DNA of 51,011 nucleotides from Candidatus Segetimicrobium genomatis (GTDB taxonomy: Bacteria; Sysuimicrobiota; Sysuimicrobiia; Sysuimicrobiales; Kaftiobacteriaceae), in the NCBI GenBank assembly GCA_005882295.1, contig VBAI01000006.1:1-51011 (forward strand), written 5' to 3'. The position numbers and the translations under genes were made by a program. Shown piece by piece: positions 43,562 to 51,011 of this stretch. The notes below the pieces were generated by a model. That model ran no database searches. It saw only the letters and a program-made list of their open reading frames with translations, and had not been told where the DNA came from. Within the stretch, counting starts at the first letter, position 1. Every line of letters starts with the position of its first letter.

Positions 43562-43662
43562 CAAGGTGGACGGCGCCACTTGGTCTGACGAGGTCCATGG
43601 TTACGGCCGACGGTGGGCGCCGGCCATCCGGAATCCGCCCCGCGCGCCGTCCGCCCCACCTG
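43562..43662 (-). ncRNA. Conserved GC-rich structured element, copy B (in the leader of propeller 2)
   Basis: See copy A. Lies between promoter-like module copy 2 and the propeller-2 start. Confidence 0.5.
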
Positions 43663-43735
43663 GTTCGGCGATTGATGGTTCCTACAGTGCACTCTAGATC
43701 GGGATTTCCGCATCCGGAAGCTCACTTCCCAAGAA

Positions 43736-43826
43736 GATATTTCCCACAGGCGCATCCGGCACCGACGAGATCCAGCAGACATCACCGAGGAAAAGACCGG
43801 ATGTGATAGGGGTAAAATCCTGATGT
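43736..43826 (-). promoter_or_regulatory. Promoter-like module, copy 2 (upstream of propeller 2)
   Basis: GATATTTCCC at 43736. GAGGAAAAGACCGGATGTGA at 43787. GGGGTAAAATCCTGATGT at 43809. Same 53-bp and 22-bp spacings as copy 1. An additional shared box: CGCA..CCG.AAG.CTCACT at 39221 and 43708. Confidence 0.55.
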
Positions 43827-43916
43827 ACTCTCCTCCCAATGTGTGAGCGGGCACAGCAACCGGGGGAGCCCCTCGCCTGGGCTCCCCCGGAGCAGGACGT
43901 GACCCGTTGCATACCT

Positions 43917-44522
43917 CTACGTGAACGCGAACGGATCGGGCAGGCTGTCGCAAGACGGCGGGGCGCTCGGCGCCGTGTTCGACCGGTTGCCCTTGTGGAG
44001 CTGGATGTTGCCGCCCGACAGGAAGTTCTGGTTCAGATAGATGAGCGATCCACCGTAGAATAGCGCGATCCCGAACGCGTCACTGTTGCGGCCCGGCTCT
44101 CCCAGGTCCCGCATCCGGACGCGATACTGCACGGGGCCTCCCGCATTCGTGTCGGCGTTGCCGCAGATATCACGGGTGCCGCGCGGATGCCCGTTCTTGT
44201 CAGGCGGGTAGTCGGCGACCACGATGTACCCGGTGACATCCCGGGCGTGGACGTGGAAGGGACTCTGTCCAAACGCTCCCCCGTGGTCGACGTAGTTCCC
44301 GTTCCCCCACCAGTCGCCGTTCTTCACGCCGCCGTGCCACCCGAAGTTCGCCCGGGAACCCGGCACGGATGTGACTGAATACGGGGGCGGCGGGGTGAAG
44401 ATAAATCCTCCGCCGGTGATGAAGTCGAGCCCCACCGGCCACGCGCCGGCGGGGGTCGCGATGGCGGCTATCAGCCCTCCGATCAGGAGGGAGATCGCAA
44501 GTTTCATTCCGAGGTTTCGCAT
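43917..44522 (-). CDS. Secreted protein consisting of a stand-alone TGGG...GGNIQLH domain
   Basis: GGAGGAG 6 nt upstream of ATG 44522. Signal peptide MRNLGMKLAISLLIGGLIAAIATPAGA. Shares ITGGG, FGW, FHV, DLGEPG..D and L.GGN.Q.H motifs with the C-terminus of propeller 1. Confidence 0.6.
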   Translation of the reverse strand: MRNLGMKLAISLLIGGLIAAIATPAGAWPVGLDFITGGGFIFTPPPPYSVTSVPGSRANFGWHGGVKNGDWWGNGNYVDHGGAFGQSPFHVHARDVTGYIVVADYPPDKNGHPRGTRDICGNADTNAGGPVQYRVRMRDLGEPGRNSDAFGIALFYGGSLIYLNQNFLSGGNIQLHKGNRSNTAPSAPPSCDSLPDPFAFT

Positions 44523-44543
44523 CGTCGTCTCCTCCTGTGAGGG

Positions 44544-45197
44544 TTACGGTATCGCCGCCGACGCAGACGCGAGCGCCAGGTCGACGGACCCATCAAGTGT
44601 AGTAATGTGCAACGCAGTCACGGCGATGCCGCTGGCCGACTGCGTCACTTCGTTCAGCACGATCATGAGACCCCCCACGTAGACCGTCTGGTTCGGGTCT
44701 CCGGTAGGGACGATCGACACGCCGTTCACGACCAGGCCGTCCACCAGGGAGTAGCCGTAGGTAGACGACCCCGCAAAAGCGTTGGCCATGACAAACGCGG
44801 CCGAAATCGTGCTGCCCCCGCCCGACAGGACCAGGTCGCCGAGGGACGACGCAGACGCGACATAATCGCCGTTGCCAATCGTCGTGGCCTCCAGGGTGCC
44901 CGCGGTGCCGAGGCCCGCGATGCTCGCAGTGTCCAGCGACGCGGCGAGTGCGTCAGAGGCACTCGTCAGTGTGCCCGTGGACAGAAGCGTTGTTGTAGTC
45001 CCGGCGATAGTCACCACCGCCCCCGTGGCGCCCGTGACGTCCGGCGAGATTGATGTTCCGCCTCCCCCGGGCAGCGGTAATGGGAGGGGCAATGGCAAGG
45101 GCAGCTGCGCGCTCGCCGGACCGGGGCCCGCGGCGAATACGGTCAGCCCAACGACCAGCGCAACAATGCCCAACCGCACATACCTCGTGGTACTCAT
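44544..45197 (-). CDS. Secreted Ala/Gly/Thr/Ser-rich protein with a post-signal (LP)6 tract
   Basis: GGAGG 6 nt upstream of ATG 45197. MSTTRYVRLGIVALVVGLTVFAAGPGPASA then QLPLPLPLPLPLPGGGG. The C-terminal part (VYVGGLMIVLNEVTQSASGIAVTALHITTL) is beta-rich. The family is not recognised with confidence. Confidence 0.55.
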   Translation of the reverse strand: MSTTRYVRLGIVALVVGLTVFAAGPGPASAQLPLPLPLPLPLPGGGGTSISPDVTGATGAVVTIAGTTTTLLSTGTLTSASDALAASLDTASIAGLGTAGTLEATTIGNGDYVASASSLGDLVLSGGGSTISAAFVMANAFAGSSTYGYSLVDGLVVNGVSIVPTGDPNQTVYVGGLMIVLNEVTQSASGIAVTALHITTLDGSVDLALASASAAIP

Positions 45198-45398
45198 CAC
45201 TAGCCTCCTCTCGTCTGGCAGTGCTCTCCGAGTATTCCGTTACAACTTTTAGAGCAGGTGGGCGCAGACCAGCCGCGGGTAAATCCAGGAACGACGGGCG
45301 GAAGAATTACTATCTATCAAACGGCGGACGGAAAATCCCACTCCATTGCGAAGAGAGACCTGCAGTCATTGCCTGAGTGTGATTCAGGGTGTTCCCCC

Positions 45399-47159
45399 TC
45401 AGTTCCTGACGTCGAACGCATCCACGACGATGTAGGCTTCGCCATGCGACGCCACGGGATCCGTGGCGGTGCCGGTCACCTCAATCATCAGCGTGTGGCT
45501 ACCAGAGGCCAAGCTACCAGAGGTCCACATCGCACCGGTTGCGGCCGGCCGCGTGGGCGCATACGTATCGACCGCGCCGACGAGAGCGCCGTCAAGATAC
45601 ACGCGCGCGATGCCGCAGAACTCGCACGGGAATCCAATCCAGGTGACCCCCGTGCCCGTGAACGACAGCGTCGCCGTCGCACCGGCGGTTTGTGATCCTA
45701 CGATGATCCCGTTGCTCGATGTGACCCCGGTGAATGCGTCGTCGAACGCCTGCCACGCACCGGCGGGGGCCAGGAGCGCGCCGCTCTCTTCAACACGCGT
45801 CACCGTGGCGCGAACCGGGAGGCTCTGCGTGACAGCGCCGTAGGCATTGAGATACCCGGCCCCAACCTCGTGCAGCGCGTAGCCCGGCATGGGTGTCGCA
45901 CTCGCGATCAGAATCGTTTTCACCTGGTCGGGACTCAGCGCCGGATTCGCCTCCAGCATCAACGCCGCGGTGCCCGAGACATGCGGGGTCGCCATGCTGG
46001 TCCCGCTGGCCACCGCGTACCAGACGGCGTCGGTCCCGAGCCGGAGGAGATCGACAGCGAAGAACGTGTTGATAACGATTCCCGTCGTGGCGCGCGCTGC
46101 GGCGATGTTCACGCCGGGCGCAGTAATCGTGGGATGGTAGAGGGGATCGCCGGCGATACCGCGCGACGAGAAATCCGCCAGCGTCTTGCCGTCTTTTGCG
46201 CCGGCCGCAACACAGATTACCCACGGTGCCACACAATACGGATTGAGGGTGTTGGTGGCGGGCCCGGCATTCCCGGCGGCGAAGACCACCACCAGGCCGG
46301 CGTCATGGGCCATCTTGCTGGCCACGTTGATGGGATCATCAGCCGAGAAGGATCCCGTGGTCCCCCAGCTGTTGGAGATCACGCGGATGCCGTACCGGCT
46401 GCGATTTGCCAGCACCCAGTCGAAGCCCTCCAGCGCACTGAGGACGAAGAGAAGTTCCCCCGCCCCAACCCCGACCAGATTGGCGCCGATGGCCACTCCC
46501 CGGTACTTCCCGGCCAGCGCAGCGCCGGTGCCGGCCGCGATCGAGGAAACGTGAGTGCCGTGGCCGCTGGTCGTGTCCGTGTTGGCGATGCCTTCCAGCA
46601 CGACCGAGCCGATCCCGAAGAGATCGGGCGTGATCTTGACATTTTGAATCACTTTGCTCCCAAACGGCAGGTCCGGATGTGTCGCGTCGATCCCGGTGTC
46701 AATCACCGCCACCGTGACACCTTTGCCGGTGATGCCCAGATCGTTCCACACGCGGTCCGCCCCGATCAGGGGGACACTCTGGTTGAGAAAGTATGTCAGC
46801 TGGCGGTTGCCATAGGCGGAGCGGACACCGGGGAGGCTGAGCAGGGCCTTGATCTGTGTGCTCGTGCCCCGCACCGCCAGCATGGGCAGCACGCGGAAGG
46901 ACACGACATCCACACCAGTGGCGGTGACCGCGAGCACATCACTTGCCGCCGGCACATGATCGAAGGTCAGCACCGCCTCGATGATCTGCCCGATCGGAGC
47001 TGTCTGCAGAATCTGCTGCAGGATCGGATCAAGCGCGGCGGTGGAGACAATCGGCAGGGGCAAGATCGGCAGGGGCAATGGGATCTGCGCCGCGGCGAAT
47101 CCGTTGAGGCAGGCCACCGCCGCGAGGGTCCACACCAGCACACGCCATCGGTTCCGCAC
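45399..47159 (-). CDS. Secreted subtilisin-family (S8) serine protease with a C-terminal beta-sandwich-like domain
   Basis: Catalytic triad contexts VAVIDTGIDATHPDL, GHGTHVSSIAAG, SGTSMATPHVSGTAALM. GTG 47159 has GGAGGG 5 nt upstream. Signal peptide, then AQIPLPLPILPLPIV. Confidence 0.85.
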   Translation of the reverse strand: MRNRWRVLVWTLAAVACLNGFAAAQIPLPLPILPLPIVSTAALDPILQQILQTAPIGQIIEAVLTFDHVPAASDVLAVTATGVDVVSFRVLPMLAVRGTSTQIKALLSLPGVRSAYGNRQLTYFLNQSVPLIGADRVWNDLGITGKGVTVAVIDTGIDATHPDLPFGSKVIQNVKITPDLFGIGSVVLEGIANTDTTSGHGTHVSSIAAGTGAALAGKYRGVAIGANLVGVGAGELLFVLSALEGFDWVLANRSRYGIRVISNSWGTTGSFSADDPINVASKMAHDAGLVVVFAAGNAGPATNTLNPYCVAPWVICVAAGAKDGKTLADFSSRGIAGDPLYHPTITAPGVNIAAARATTGIVINTFFAVDLLRLGTDAVWYAVASGTSMATPHVSGTAALMLEANPALSPDQVKTILIASATPMPGYALHEVGAGYLNAYGAVTQSLPVRATVTRVEESGALLAPAGAWQAFDDAFTGVTSSNGIIVGSQTAGATATLSFTGTGVTWIGFPCEFCGIARVYLDGALVGAVDTYAPTRPAATGAMWTSGSLASGSHTLMIEVTGTATDPVASHGEAYIVVDAFDVRN

Positions 47160-47190
47160 GTCATCCCTCCGCGTGAGTCACAGTCGTGGT

Positions 47191-47282
47191 GATTATTTCC
47201 TGACCCCGGCAACGCTTGCAGACAGCAACCTGAATCAGCGGCGGGGAAATCCCTGCACTCGCAATAAGGAAATCCCTGAGAT
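47191..47282 (-). promoter_or_regulatory. Promoter-like module, copy 3 (upstream of the S8 protease)
   Basis: GATTATTTCC at 47191. GGGGAAATCCCTGCACT at 47243. AAGGAAATCCCTGAGAT at 47266. Boxes are 23 bp apart and 54 bp from the GAT(T)ATTT box, which lies about 32 nt upstream of the start codon. Confidence 0.5.
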
Positions 47283-47290
47283 CGGAAAGG

Positions 47291-47599
47291 CTATGCTGGG
47301 GCGCTTGGCGGATGAGGCCGCGTGCCGGCGCCGAGGACCACCTCGATCACGGTGTCTCTGGGCCTCCTCCTGTCCGCACGGCGCCGCTCGACCGCGACCG
47401 CGCGCTGCTGCGCCCGCCGCTCGCTGTGGCGCCGGTCCACAATAATCTCGACACCTTCGCGTCCGGCAAATGCCTTGGCGAGCAAGTCCACGACGTCAGC
47501 ATGGGTGCGGGGCACGATGATGGTGATCCGTTCGTGATCCCCATTGGAGTACTTGTCTCCGGCCAACAGGGTGATAAATGAAAGGACCAACGATTCCAT
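47291..47599 (-). CDS. Small Arg-rich hypothetical protein (IVDRRHSERR...ERRRADRRR type)
   Basis: ATG at 47599, 7 nt after the ANTAR regulator stop. MESLVLSFITLLAGDKYSNGDHERITIIVPRTHADVVDLLAKAFAGREGVEIIVDRRHSERRAQQRAVAVERRRADRRRPRD. No strong SD sequence. Confidence 0.35.
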   Translation of the reverse strand: MESLVLSFITLLAGDKYSNGDHERITIIVPRTHADVVDLLAKAFAGREGVEIIVDRRHSERRAQQRAVAVERRRADRRRPRDTVIEVVLGAGTRPHPPSAPA

Positions 47600-47606
47600 T
47601 GCGCGC

Positions 47607-48374
47607 TCAGGTCGATGAAGGAATCCGCGAGAGACGGGGGGACTTCCGGGGCCAAGGCCAGGGGGGCCGGCGCTTGGCGAGCACGCCGAGGATGAGGTTG
47701 ATGCATCCGGCCAGATCGGCCTGCCCAAACCATTGCTGCTCAACCGCCAACAACCGCGCCGCCGTCTCGCCAAGCGGTCTCCCCGTGTCTCGGCTGCGGC
47801 GGTTCATGTACTGAAACGCTTCTGCTTCCCCAAGGTCCAGCCGCCGCATCAACAGCGCCTTCGCGTGCTCGAGCACCACTCTGGTGCGCAGGGCCTGCTG
47901 CAGATCGCCGACCTGCTCGCACAGGATTCGAAACTCTCCGAATCGGGTGAGGGCCGCTGTGAGAGCGGACTCCAACGCGATGACATCTGACGGCCACAGC
48001 AGATGGGCCAGGACGCCTGCCTCCTGGGCGCGCCGCACGTGATCATCGACGCCGTAGTCAGCAACCAGGACGAGGGGCATGGCCCGCCTGGCGAGGATCG
48101 CGCGGGCCGCCTCGATGCCGCCCAGCGGTGGCAGGTGCAAATCGAGCAGGAGGAGATCCGGTTCCAGGCTTGAGGCAGACGCCAGCATCGCCGCTTGATC
48201 CCTGACGACGCCCAGCACATGATGGCCCAGGGCGTCCAGTTGCGCAGACAGGCGGGACGCGACGAACTCCATCTCCTCAGCAATCAGCACCCGCAACTCT
48301 CGCACGACTACCCCCAGGCGGTCTTGATGATCTGATCGGCGGCCATCCTGAGCCTCGACTAGTATTTTCCTCAA
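47607..48374 (-). CDS. Response regulator with ANTAR RNA-binding output domain (AmiR/NasR-like)
   Basis: Receiver domain (LRVLIAEE...DLLLLDLHLP...). ANTAR helix pattern RVVLEHAKALLMRRLDLGEAEAFQYMNRRSRDTGRPLGETAARLL. Start uncertain: TTG 48374, or an internal GTG. Confidence 0.75.
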   Translation of the reverse strand: MRKILVEAQDGRRSDHQDRLGVVVRELRVLIAEEMEFVASRLSAQLDALGHHVLGVVRDQAAMLASASSLEPDLLLLDLHLPPLGGIEAARAILARRAMPLVLVADYGVDDHVRRAQEAGVLAHLLWPSDVIALESALTAALTRFGEFRILCEQVGDLQQALRTRVVLEHAKALLMRRLDLGEAEAFQYMNRRSRDTGRPLGETAARLLAVEQQWFGQADLAGCINLILGVLAKRRPPWPWPRKSPRLSRIPSST

Positions 48375-48450
48375 TCGTGGGGCGGAGGAAACTACGGAAG
48401 ATGCCCAAGATGCAGACGGAAAACTCCCTCAACGCGACCGGGGGAACAAC

Positions 48451-49170
48451 CTAAGGACGAATCAGACCCTGCCGGATGGCGTATCTGACCAACCCCGCTG
48501 TGGCGTGGATGTCCAGCTTGGCCATGATCCGCATGCGGTGCGATTCTGCCGTTTTCGTACTGATGCCGAGGTCCTGGGCGACCTCTCGCGTCGTCTTCCC
48601 CTCCGCAACGAGCCGGAGCACCTCACGCTCACGAACGGTGAGGGGGTGGCTGCTCAGTTCGTGCCGGGCCAGATACGCGTTGACGATGGCCTGGGAGATG
48701 CCGGGACTCAAGTAGATCCCGCCGGCCATGACATCACTGATCGCCTGCAGGAGATCCGCGGAGCTTTGGGTCTTCAGCACGTATCCAGTAATCCCGACCT
48801 GCAGCGCCTTCGCAACGTAGGGCTCTTCTGAATACATGGTCAACAAGATGGCGCGGGTGTTGGGTGAGACCCGGGTGATCTCCTGGGCCGCCTCGGAGCC
48901 GCTGAGCTGCGGCATGGCGAGATCGAGGATCGCCACATCGGGGGTGACCTCCTGCGCCAGCCGGATGGCCTCGCGGCCGTCATCGGCTTCCGCAACGATT
49001 TCGAACCCATACCGCTCCAGGAGGGTTCGGATCCCCTGCCGGAAAATTACATGGTCGTCTGCCAGGAGGATACGCAGCGGTTTTGTGTCCGTAGCACCGC
49101 TGGTTCGAGTTGATGTGGCGGCGTGCGATCGGTTAGCGCCCACTGGCCATCCCACCCAGTCCAGCGTCAA
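48451..49170 (-). CDS. NarL/FixJ-type response regulator (receiver + LuxR HTH)
   Basis: LRILLADDHVIFRQGIRTLLE...PDVAILDLAMPQLSG. HTH: LTVREREVLRLVAEGKTTREVAQDLGISTKTAESHRMRIMAKL. There is no ATG before the receiver, so the start is TTG 49170 or a downstream GTG. Confidence 0.8.
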   Translation of the reverse strand: MTLDWVGWPVGANRSHAATSTRTSGATDTKPLRILLADDHVIFRQGIRTLLERYGFEIVAEADDGREAIRLAQEVTPDVAILDLAMPQLSGSEAAQEITRVSPNTRAILLTMYSEEPYVAKALQVGITGYVLKTQSSADLLQAISDVMAGGIYLSPGISQAIVNAYLARHELSSHPLTVREREVLRLVAEGKTTREVAQDLGISTKTAESHRMRIMAKLDIHATAGLVRYAIRQGLIRP

Positions 49171-49378
49171 TTCACTTTCCCTGCAACTACCGTAGGGGAG
49201 GATATGGAGAGCGCCAATCGGGCAAGTACCTGAATTTTGTGGGGGAAAAGCTGGAGCAAAGGCTGCGAATTATGCGGATAAGTTGGCCAGAAAACACCCA
49301 CAGCTCAATCAGCCCCGCGGCCAGATTCCCTGTGATGGGTGGGAAAATACGTGAAAGATCTCTCGAAAACGGGGCGAG

Positions 49379-50311
49379 ATGACCGGCAACTTGAGAAAGG
49401 CCAAGGAGTTTCAAGCTCATGTTCCATCGCTGGGTGCCTTTGCCCTGGTGATGATGACTGTGCTCATGGCTCAGGGGAACCTGCAGGCCCAGACGCCGCG
49501 CCCCGGTCCATGCGCCGACGCCCGTACCATGGTCGGGGTTGGGGTAAGGGATGTGATGGCAGGGTACCTCGAGGCAGGAGTCCGTTGCCCCATCACGCCC
49601 CCACTGACTCTCCTTTTGGGGTGGCGGTACACCGCGCAACGAGGATACGCGTGGCCGGTGGGGATCCTGAGCTACGAGCAGCCTCTCTCCCCGACGTGGC
49701 TGATGAACCTTACCGCAAGTCTCCATGAGAGACCAGGAGACTACGAGATTGACCGACTTCCCGAACTGAGGCTGAAGTGGACTCCGCAGCTGGACGACGC
49801 CCTCGTTTCCCCGTCTGTGGACCTCTTCACAGGATACATTCGGGTAGACACTCCGATGGCGGAGACGGAACGCAGTGGGGCAGCCCTCAGTCTCTCTACG
49901 CGGTCTTTTGTCTCCGACCCTCGCACCAACGTCTCGGCATCCGGTAAGGTTGCGAAATACTGGTATGGTACCGGCGAGTCGTACTCTTACTGGACCGGCT
50001 CATTGACGGTGGCCGTTAGACCTGTCACGGTAACCGAGTTCGCCCTCATCTATTCCGAGACGCAAGGATTCGGGACCAGCCCGCTGGTCTTCGACCTGGC
50101 CACACCGGACCGAACCGTGACTGGGCGTATGGGGTTCATGTTGAACTCGGGGGATGTGGTATTTGTCTCTGCCGTCCTGAGCCTGCTGACCTCCCCGACA
50201 CGCATGGAAGAGTATGATCTATCGTGGTCGAAGCCTGGCGAGTGGGCGGCCACGGTGACCTGGCGGCTTACGGATGACAAGGTGCTCTTTGGCTTCACTC
50301 TGCCTCCCTAG
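49379..50311 (+). CDS. Hypothetical secreted beta-rich protein (possible outer-membrane protein)
   Basis: Signal-peptide-like MTGNLRKAKEFQAHVPSLGAFALVMMTVLMAQGNLQAQ. Alternating hydrophobic/aromatic pattern toward the C-terminus (YWYGTGESYSYWTGSLTVAV, VLFGFTLPP). No family recognised. Confidence 0.35.
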   Translation: MTGNLRKAKEFQAHVPSLGAFALVMMTVLMAQGNLQAQTPRPGPCADARTMVGVGVRDVMAGYLEAGVRCPITPPLTLLLGWRYTAQRGYAWPVGILSYEQPLSPTWLMNLTASLHERPGDYEIDRLPELRLKWTPQLDDALVSPSVDLFTGYIRVDTPMAETERSGAALSLSTRSFVSDPRTNVSASGKVAKYWYGTGESYSYWTGSLTVAVRPVTVTEFALIYSETQGFGTSPLVFDLATPDRTVTGRMGFMLNSGDVVFVSAVLSLLTSPTRMEEYDLSWSKPGEWAATVTWRLTDDKVLFGFTLPP

Positions 50312-50337
50312 GATCGGCGTCGGCTGGTACGGAGTCA

Positions 50338-50973
50338 CTAACGCGTCGCACGCGGCCGGCCAGACCCGCCAGGAGTGGTTTGGCTGGTGGGAAGTGCGCT
50401 ACCAGTTTTAGGCGGCACGCGGGGCGGGGGGACCGGAGTCCGCACCGCTTCGGAGATCGCTCTTGCGGATTCGAGGGGCTGGGGCTGCGCCGTGGTGTCC
50501 GGCGCCGCGTCGGCACGGGGGGAGGCGGATGCGGTCGCACCCGTCTCGATGCCCATCTCCCGGAGGCGCTTCGTCGCGGCCAGCAATCTGGCCTCGACGG
50601 CCTGGACGGCTCCTTCCAGCGATGATCCGATGTCGTAGAGCTGGCCGATTTCGCGGAAGCTCTCGTCAATCACTGCCACGAGCTCTGCGCCCAGGCGCAC
50701 CTTCTGATCGAGGGTGTGCTTCACTTCCGCCTGCATCTTGGCGACGTTGTGCAGTTCGTGCTCCAACTTGCTGCGCACGTCCGTGAGCTCACTGTCCTTG
50801 CGGGCCAGCTCCACGGCGACTTCCTGCTTCATGGTCTCGACCACGCGCGCGCCGCGAACTTTCGTCTCGGCCAGTTGCTTGACCACGCCGGGGCGTGCAC
50901 GGGAAGAAGCGAGGAGCCAGCCTACCGCGAGCCCTGCGACCACTCCAATGGCGACAAGCACAGCATCCGGCAT
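50338..50973 (-). CDS. Hypothetical membrane-anchored coiled-coil protein with a Pro/Ala-rich tail
   Basis: N-terminal TM MPDAVLVAIGVVAGLAVGWLLA, followed by heptad-like charged helices. No family recognised. Confidence 0.35.
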   Translation of the reverse strand: MPDAVLVAIGVVAGLAVGWLLASSRARPGVVKQLAETKVRGARVVETMKQEVAVELARKDSELTDVRSKLEHELHNVAKMQAEVKHTLDQKVRLGAELVAVIDESFREIGQLYDIGSSLEGAVQAVEARLLAATKRLREMGIETGATASASPRADAAPDTTAQPQPLESARAISEAVRTPVPPPRVPPKTGSALPTSQTTPGGSGRPRATR

Positions 50974-51011
50974 CGCACACCCCTCGATAGGTCCTTGCCC
51001 TCACCGAGGGG

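Noticed and set aside
47040-47090. Short direct DNA repeats (atcggcaggggcaa twice, and the ggcaa/ggcag periodicity at 45065-45110) as possible CRISPR-like or binding-site arrays.
   Set aside because: They lie inside coding sequence and simply encode the (LP)n tracts. There are only two to six very short units and no spacers.
1-51011. An exosortase/PEP-CTERM system. Several families here (AsnB-type amidotransferase, GT4, ligase+ACP, Wzz/BY-kinase) are typical of such loci.
   Set aside because: There is no exosortase (EpsH) gene. None of the secreted proteins ends in a PEP-CTERM-like motif plus TM plus basic tail.
1-51011. Mobile elements, prophage, defence systems, toxin-antitoxin pairs, tRNA/rRNA genes.
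   Set aside because: I recognised no integrase, transposase, recombinase, nuclease or helicase defence signatures. No intergenic gap has a tRNA-like sequence. The lower-GC islands coincide with promoter regions rather than insertion boundaries.

Overview
High-GC (roughly two-thirds G+C by eye) bacterial fragment. I found no rRNA, tRNA, CRISPR array, transposase or integrase. About 75% of the window is one co-directional minus-strand array of about 30 genes (39.15 kb down to 1.39 kb). It encodes an exopolysaccharide or surface-glycan pathway and is headed by a NusG/RfaH-type paralogue. The array contains:
- a split Wzz-like co-polymerase and BY-kinase, and a priming sugar-phosphate transferase;
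- a Wzy-like polymerase, a Wzx-like flippase, four GT4 and one GT2 glycosyltransferases;
- nucleotide-sugar enzymes: AlgD-like GDP-mannose 6-dehydrogenase, UDP-glucose dehydrogenase and UDP-glucuronate decarboxylase;
- an AsnB-type amidotransferase, a methyltransferase, a CE4 deacetylase and a cytoplasmic heparinase II/III-like protein;
- two paralogous secreted beta-helix proteins and a secreted SBBP-propeller protein with two CBM6-like modules.

Most junctions are 4-nt (A/G)TGA stop/start overlaps.

The most unusual coding content is a nine-gene cassette embedded in this operon (23.6-30.4 kb). It comprises a stand-alone adenylation enzyme, an ACP, KAS III, a 3-hydroxyacyl-CoA dehydrogenase, twin RimL-like GNATs, a luciferase-like monooxygenase, a flavin reductase and a large GNAT. 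I cannot map this combination to a characterised glycan-tailoring pathway.

The right-hand 12 kb carries:
- a divergent ATP-grasp plus flavin-monooxygenase pair;
- a second copy of a Vgb-like propeller protein;
- a secreted trio (S8 protease, an Ala/Gly/Thr-rich protein, and a TGGG...GGNIQLH-domain protein);
- two orphan response regulators (ANTAR and LuxR types).

Two noncoding signals stand out:
- A promoter-like module of two GGAAA-N2-3-CCTG boxes 22-23 bp apart, with a GAT(T)ATTTCC box 53-54 bp away. It recurs in the same orientation upstream of the operon head, the second propeller gene and the protease, with a degenerate fourth copy.
- An element of about 82 nt (flanking similarity extends it to about 100 nt), GC-rich and hairpin-forming, present twice at roughly 83% identity in minus-strand intergenic leaders.

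All functional calls come from motif and family recognition by eye. No database search was possible.
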